Of a DNA stretch of 38,117 bases, positions 33,466 to 38,117 are shown piece after piece. The position numbers were made by a program, and so were the translations under genes. The notes below the pieces were generated by a model. The model did not search any database. It saw only the letters and a list, made by a program, of their open reading frames with translations, and was not told where the DNA came from. The stretch is from Trypethelium eluteriae. Its lineage: Eukaryota. Location: assembly GCA_051942245.1 (NCBI GenBank), contig JAVECL010000188.1, positions 1 through 38,117 on the forward strand, read 5' to 3'. How positions within the stretch are numbered: the first letter of the stretch is position 1; each line of letters begins with the position of its first letter.

Positions 33466-36030
33466 ATGCGCTGCGAGCTATGTCAGCCTCTCACAATCGC
33501 TGTTCTCAGAGACAATGATTACGATCACCATCCCGATTTAGCCTCCTTAAAGTATTCTGCCGAGTCGGGATGCTCGACATGTACTTTGTTATGGACATGT
33601 CTCGTGAAGACCTGTGATTCCGATGCAATTAAGAGTCACCTTGAAGGTAGAGTTTACAGGCACGACTATAGCCAGAAAGGCCAGGAACGTTTAAGTAGTG
33701 CTGACTTCACCGATACGGCTATCCGTCTGCGGGGAGAACTGCACGATCTTGGAGACGAAAACACAGAGACGCATGTAGAAAGCGTGATCCATGTCCACTC
33801 GGGAAGGCGATATGAACCTGGTCTTGACATTCGGAGGCCCACATCTGCCTTTGGACGGGTGAAATTGTGCGCCCTTCCAGGTATGAGAGAGTTTATTTCT
33901 TTAAGTCCGTCTGAATGTAATCGACAATCGAAGGATTGGATGGCAAGCATGCATCAGAGGCTTCTATCATTGGAATGCCATCATCTCTAAAGCCGATCAT
34001 TAATCCCCGAAGATATGAATATGTGCTTCTTGTTTTATCTCTGCATAATCACTCGCCTATACAATGATGCCAGTAACGACCTTTTTGACTTTCTGAATTG
34101 AGAAGATCGAGCAGATGTCGAACTCATGAAGGGTGTCGCTTGGCGGGAAGTTTTTCGAAGGCCATAAGATGCTGCCTCCCAACTTTTCGCTAATAGTAAG
34201 TTAGGAACTCCTCCAGCTGAATGAATATCTGGCAGGGAAGTGGCCCATGATCCCTCGAGTGATTACGGCTTTGAAGTTATTAAACACTGGATGGATGTAT
34301 GCAATAATGACCATGATTGGTGTCCCAGAAAGACTCCATTACTGCCCAAGAGAGTGATTGATGTTGAGACCTCCGGTCAACCTCTAGATCCCGTTCTCCG
34401 TGAGACTTTCGGAGAACATGGCCAATATGCAGCTCTTTCATATTGCTGGGGCGACGGGCAAGTGAACGTGACGACAAGGGAGAACATAGCCCAATTCAAG
34501 AACGTTATTTCCATTTCGGAATTGTCGCAAACTCTACAAGATGTCATCAGCGTCACTTGAAGACTGGGATTACAATATATATGGATAGATGCTTTGTGCA
34601 TTATACAAAAAGAGAAAGACTTAAGAGACTTCAAAATAGAATCCGTTAAAATGGCTGACTATTATGGGAATGCATACATCACTGTCGCTGCGGGTTCCGC
34701 AGGGTCTGGTCGGGACGGATTTCTAAATCAACGAGCTGACATCAATCTGCTATCATGTGAACTTGAGTACAGTCGGCCCCTACAAAGTAACGGCGACTCC
34801 GATGATATAGCATCGTGCGCCAGAGGTACTCTTCATGCCTGTCTATCGTCCTCGTCACAGATTGGGCCGCTTACTACGCGTGGCTGGACCTTCCAAGAAG
34901 CTGTCCTTAGCCCCAGAGTAATTTTATATAGCCACAAGCAGGTTATATGGAAGTGCCGGAGGCTCGAGAGTCAAGAAGATGGACTGATGCACTTGGCCAG
35001 CGGGAGAACCTACTGTTCTCCATATAACTGGCCAAAGAGTACAGAAAGCAAGAACCTCAACGATAATAGTACAAGCTCATCGGCTTATCAAGGCAATCCT
35101 CAAACGAAGGCGAAACTATTCCTTGACTGGTACAATCTGCTTAGGCAGTACACCACGCGCAAAATTGGAAATCCCGATGACAGAATGACCGCTATGGCTG
35201 GGATTGCGCAGAAAATGGCAGTGTACCTTGAGTCGAAATATATCTGGGGCATCTGGGAAGCCGACATCATTAGAGGTCTGCTCTGGAGGAATGGCAGCGG
35301 TTTGGGCGAAGCTCTAAATTCTGTGCCACTTCAACGAGCTAATCGTCGTGCTCCTTCATGGTCATGGGCTTGCGTAGATGGATCTATACATGTTGAAAAT
35401 TATGAGCGGACCACCAAAAAATATACAGACCTTGGCAACCTTCGCGCTGAAGTCCTTGAGACTGGGGCAGCTGAGCCAATCCAGTGGGATCCCATTCGAG
35501 CAATGAATGACAACATCAAGTCGGATCGTTCACATAAGCTCCCTGTGAAGGGTGAATTAAAGAGAGTCCAGCGTTCTGATGAAGACTTTATGCAATATCA
35601 GATTAAACGACGGTGGCTAGGCACATTTTGGCTTCCACGCCGACAGAAATGCCTGAGCGTGGCGGCTTTGCTTGAGCCAATCGGTCAGCAAGAGACGGAC
35701 CTTGGCCAGAGGAAGATAGTTGGCATAGCCCTGTTTGATAGTGCAGCGGATAAAACAAGCCAATATGATGAATTGTGCTGTTTACGTCTTACTGTAAATC
35801 TAGCCCTGCTTCTAATTTCCGCGCCCCAAAGCTCACGAGGTGAGTCTCCATCGCAGGCTTCAGGAGGTACTGCTGTCTCTGCTCACAAGAAGGCCACAAC
35901 TTTCCCCATGGGCAATCGATTCGAAGGAAGTGACAAGCCTAAAAGAAAATACGCGCGCATCGGAATTGCACTGGTAGAGGACGAAGAATGGCTTAATAAG
36001 GGCGAGTCTGAAGTTGTTGCCATCATTTAA
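33466..36030 (+). pseudogene. HET-domain protein gene, frame-intact but with two in-frame TGA codons
   Basis: Exon 33466-33880, intron 33881-34204 (GTATGA..GCTAAT..TAG, 324 nt) and exon 34205-36030 give 747 codons. TGA at 34222-34224 and 34558-34560. Motifs MRCELC, SA..GC..C.L, W...C...H..C, LPKRVIDV, YAALSYCWG, L.QTLQD...T*RLGLQYIWIDALCIIQ, MADYYGNA, L.TRGWTFQE.VLSPR, D..TAMAGIA and RAPSWSWA. Confidence 0.85.
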
Positions 36031-36412
36031 TCCAACTGAAACGAATTTGGCCTGGATTGAAATTCCTTTCATCCAGACTCTAGCATGGAGAAGAGAGTTC
36101 GTGCTAGATTGCACCTCTTAGAGCTGCTACGTGGGATTTGTCTATGTTAGGCGCAAGCTCGTACGTTAGATTTGCGAAGAGTTACTCCGGGTGGCAGCAG
36201 ACCATCCCTGGAATAACCTATATGGCGATTTAAACCGGCATTAAACATTGATGGCTGGACTCAAAGCCATCGGATATGTCACAAGCTCTACCCATTAAGC
36301 CATAACCAATATCAGGGCATCCGAGAGCCATATCAGCCGCTGTTGAGAAATCCTTTACTCCTTGATCGCCCGTTCGCTATCCCATTCTTCATCTGATGCA
36401 ATCGGAAGGAGT

Positions 36413-37079
36413 TCAGTCATCCTCGTCACTCGTCGCCTCAAAATTCTTCTTATCATCAGCTTCTTCGGACCCTTCTTCATCATCTTTCTGGTCCTGCTCA
36501 ACATCGTCCCCAACATCGTCGAACTTCGGCCTGGGTACGGTTTCTCCCTTATCACGTAACACTCGCTCGATCGCAGGTAAGGCCTCTACGAACGCGGTGA
36601 ACTGGTCTATCGGTAGAGAAATTCCCTAAACCCAGCTCCATCAGCGCTCGTCCCAACAATGGCAGAGATACGGAGTAACCGCGTGGGCCCGAATGAATAA
36701 AGACGTAAGATGAACCAACCTTCTTGCCCGGCAAGCTTTTACCGTCCTTCTCATAGTACTCGCGAATATTGATCATTCTCTTCCCTTTGAACTCTGAAAT
36801 GCCCACACGGCGATTCTTTGAGAGCTAAGCTTTACCGTCAGCCTCTTATGCTTTTCATTGGGTTGCTAGACGAGAGTGGAGAGTGAGGAATACCTCCCAA
36901 TATTCAAGACCGTCGTCGTCTTTTTGCACGCCAAGCCTGACACTGGCCCTGCTCACGCCGCTTGATGTCTTGTCTCTCTTGGACTTCTTGGTGGCGCGAC
37001 CATCGTCATTTTCGACAAAGTCGTCTTCCTCGTAGGTATCTTGGTCCGCTGCGCGCTTGCGGGAGGCTGTGGACGGCAT
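36413..37079 (-). CDS. SUB1: PC4/Sub1 ssDNA-binding transcriptional coactivator, 167 aa, 3 exons
   Basis: Exons 37079-36894, 36824-36720 and 36625-36413, with introns of 69 and 94 nt, total 504 nt. PC4 signature YWELSKNRRVGISEFKGKRMINIREYYEKDGKSLPGKKGISL, plus an acidic tail. Confidence 0.93.
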
Positions 37080-37476
37080 TTTCAAGTCTGTGCTCGTTGC
37101 AACGCCGTAGAATGGGATTCTCGAGCCTCAATGGAGTTGACAAGCTAGCTGGGGCGAGGTGACGCTGAGATGGAGGTAGCTCTGGATAAGGACGGAGATT
37201 GCGGGGAAGACGCGACCTGACGCGACTTTGGTACGCCCCGTTTCCATAGCACGTGATGAATGGAGGGAAAGAGAGTATAAACGAGAATTTTCACTATAAT
37301 TGCTAAATACAATGGGTTCGTATATTACAAGCTCGGTAGTCTAATCGTTCGCCGCCTTGCGGCTTCAGCCTCGCAATCTTCCATGCAGTAAAAACGCCTC
37401 TTATCCAACGCCTTCCAGACACGAAGGCCGTATCGTATGAATCCCATCCTATCCCAAACCGCATGCATCAACCCCA

Positions 37477-38117
37477 TCACTGCGTCATAGCCCGAATCGC
37501 CTGCAACAACAACCCAAAGACCAAGCTCCTCGCCACCTCCTCCACCTGCAAACAATCAAACACCTTCCCCAACGCCTCCCCACTTGCCGCCTGCCCCATC
37601 ACGCTCGTCAACGCCTGCGGCATACCCCTCTGCACCAGTAAGCGTCTGGCCTTGGCTCTCAACTCCTCCTTCCTCTCGCGCACCGTCTTCCCGTCCCTGG
37701 TGCCCTCCCACGTCTCCGCGCCCGACCGCCTCCACGCCTCCATCTCCGGCTCCGTCGGCAGCGCATTCGCGCGCACTTTGCGCAGCAGGCCCGCGACCCC
37801 GGCGTCGCCCGTGTGCGCCGTGATCACCGTGTCCTGCAGCAGCACCCGGATCGTCTCGAGTTGCGGGTTGCCCGGGCGCAGCAGGAAGGTCTTGGCGGCG
37901 GTGAGGAGGGTGCGCCGGAAGGTCCAGGCGGAGCTGAGCGTGTACAGCTCGTTGATCACGGCGAAGAGCAGCTCTACTGCGACTTGCGCTTCTTGCGAGG
38001 TCAGCGGTTTTTGTGTCTTCGTGCCTGAGGTGGGCGCTTTGGAGGAGCCTTCTGGGGCGGTGGCGGAGCGGCTGAGGTCGTTGGAGGGACGCGGAGGGCG
38101 CGGTGGGAGGGTTGCGC
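37477..38117 (-). CDS. 3' end of a probable PXA/PX-domain sorting-nexin-type protein (Nexin_C-like region); 5' part outside the window
   Basis: The frame is open from the window edge to TGA at 37477, with strong coding GC bias. The segment PLTSQEAQVAVELLFAVINELYTLSSAWTFRRTLL...MPQALTSVMGQAASGEALGKVFDCLQ..VARSLVFGLLLQ resembles fungal PXA/sorting-nexin C-termini. Confidence 0.7.
   Translation of the reverse strand, partial: ATLPPRPPRPSNDLSRSATAPEGSSKAPTSGTKTQKPLTSQEAQVAVELLFAVINELYTLSSAWTFRRTLLTAAKTFLLRPGNPQLETIRVLLQDTVITAHTGDAGVAGLLRKVRANALPTEPEMEAWRRSGAETWEGTRDGKTVRERKEELRAKARRLLVQRGMPQALTSVMGQAASGEALGKVFDCLQVEEVARSLVFGLLLQAIRAMTQ

Noticed and set aside
13605..34560. Stop-codon reassignment (TGA as sense) or selenocysteine to explain the HET stops
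   Set aside because: TGA is the normal terminator of the GH30, GH3, aquaglyceroporin and SUB1 genes in the same window, and the positions are not catalytic Cys sites.

Overview
Eukaryotic DNA from a filamentous ascomycete (Pezizomycotina), shown by short spliceosomal introns with CTRAY branch points and by HET and cerato-platanin genes. The window has three zones. (1) 2.2-10.7 kb: three adjacent secreted plant-cell-wall enzymes, namely a tannase-family feruloyl esterase, a GH30_7 XYN IV-like xylanase that needs a GC-AG intron, and a GH3 Cel3A-like beta-glucosidase. (2) About 10.9-24.8 kb: an accessory, fast-evolving block. It holds a decayed repeat cell-wall gene, a disrupted HET gene, an intronless protein with two F-box-like modules, a 741-aa secreted modular protein, a GPI-type mucin-like protein and a cerato-platanin. 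The 741-aa protein has an N-terminal HAE...C..C zinc-deaminase-like domain, an acidic linker and Kex2 sites, and is the best candidate for a novel system (a fungal secreted deaminase toxin or effector). (3) 25.8-38.1 kb: mostly conserved genes. These are a DDHD phospholipase A1 divergent from a hotdog thioesterase whose catalytic Asp is Asn, an aquaglyceroporin, a second HET gene that is intact except for two in-frame TGA codons, PC4/Sub1, and the 3' end of a PXA/sorting-nexin-type gene. I recognised no rRNA, tRNA, CRISPR array or intact transposon. Exon boundaries were derived by hand, and family calls come from motif recognition, not database searches.
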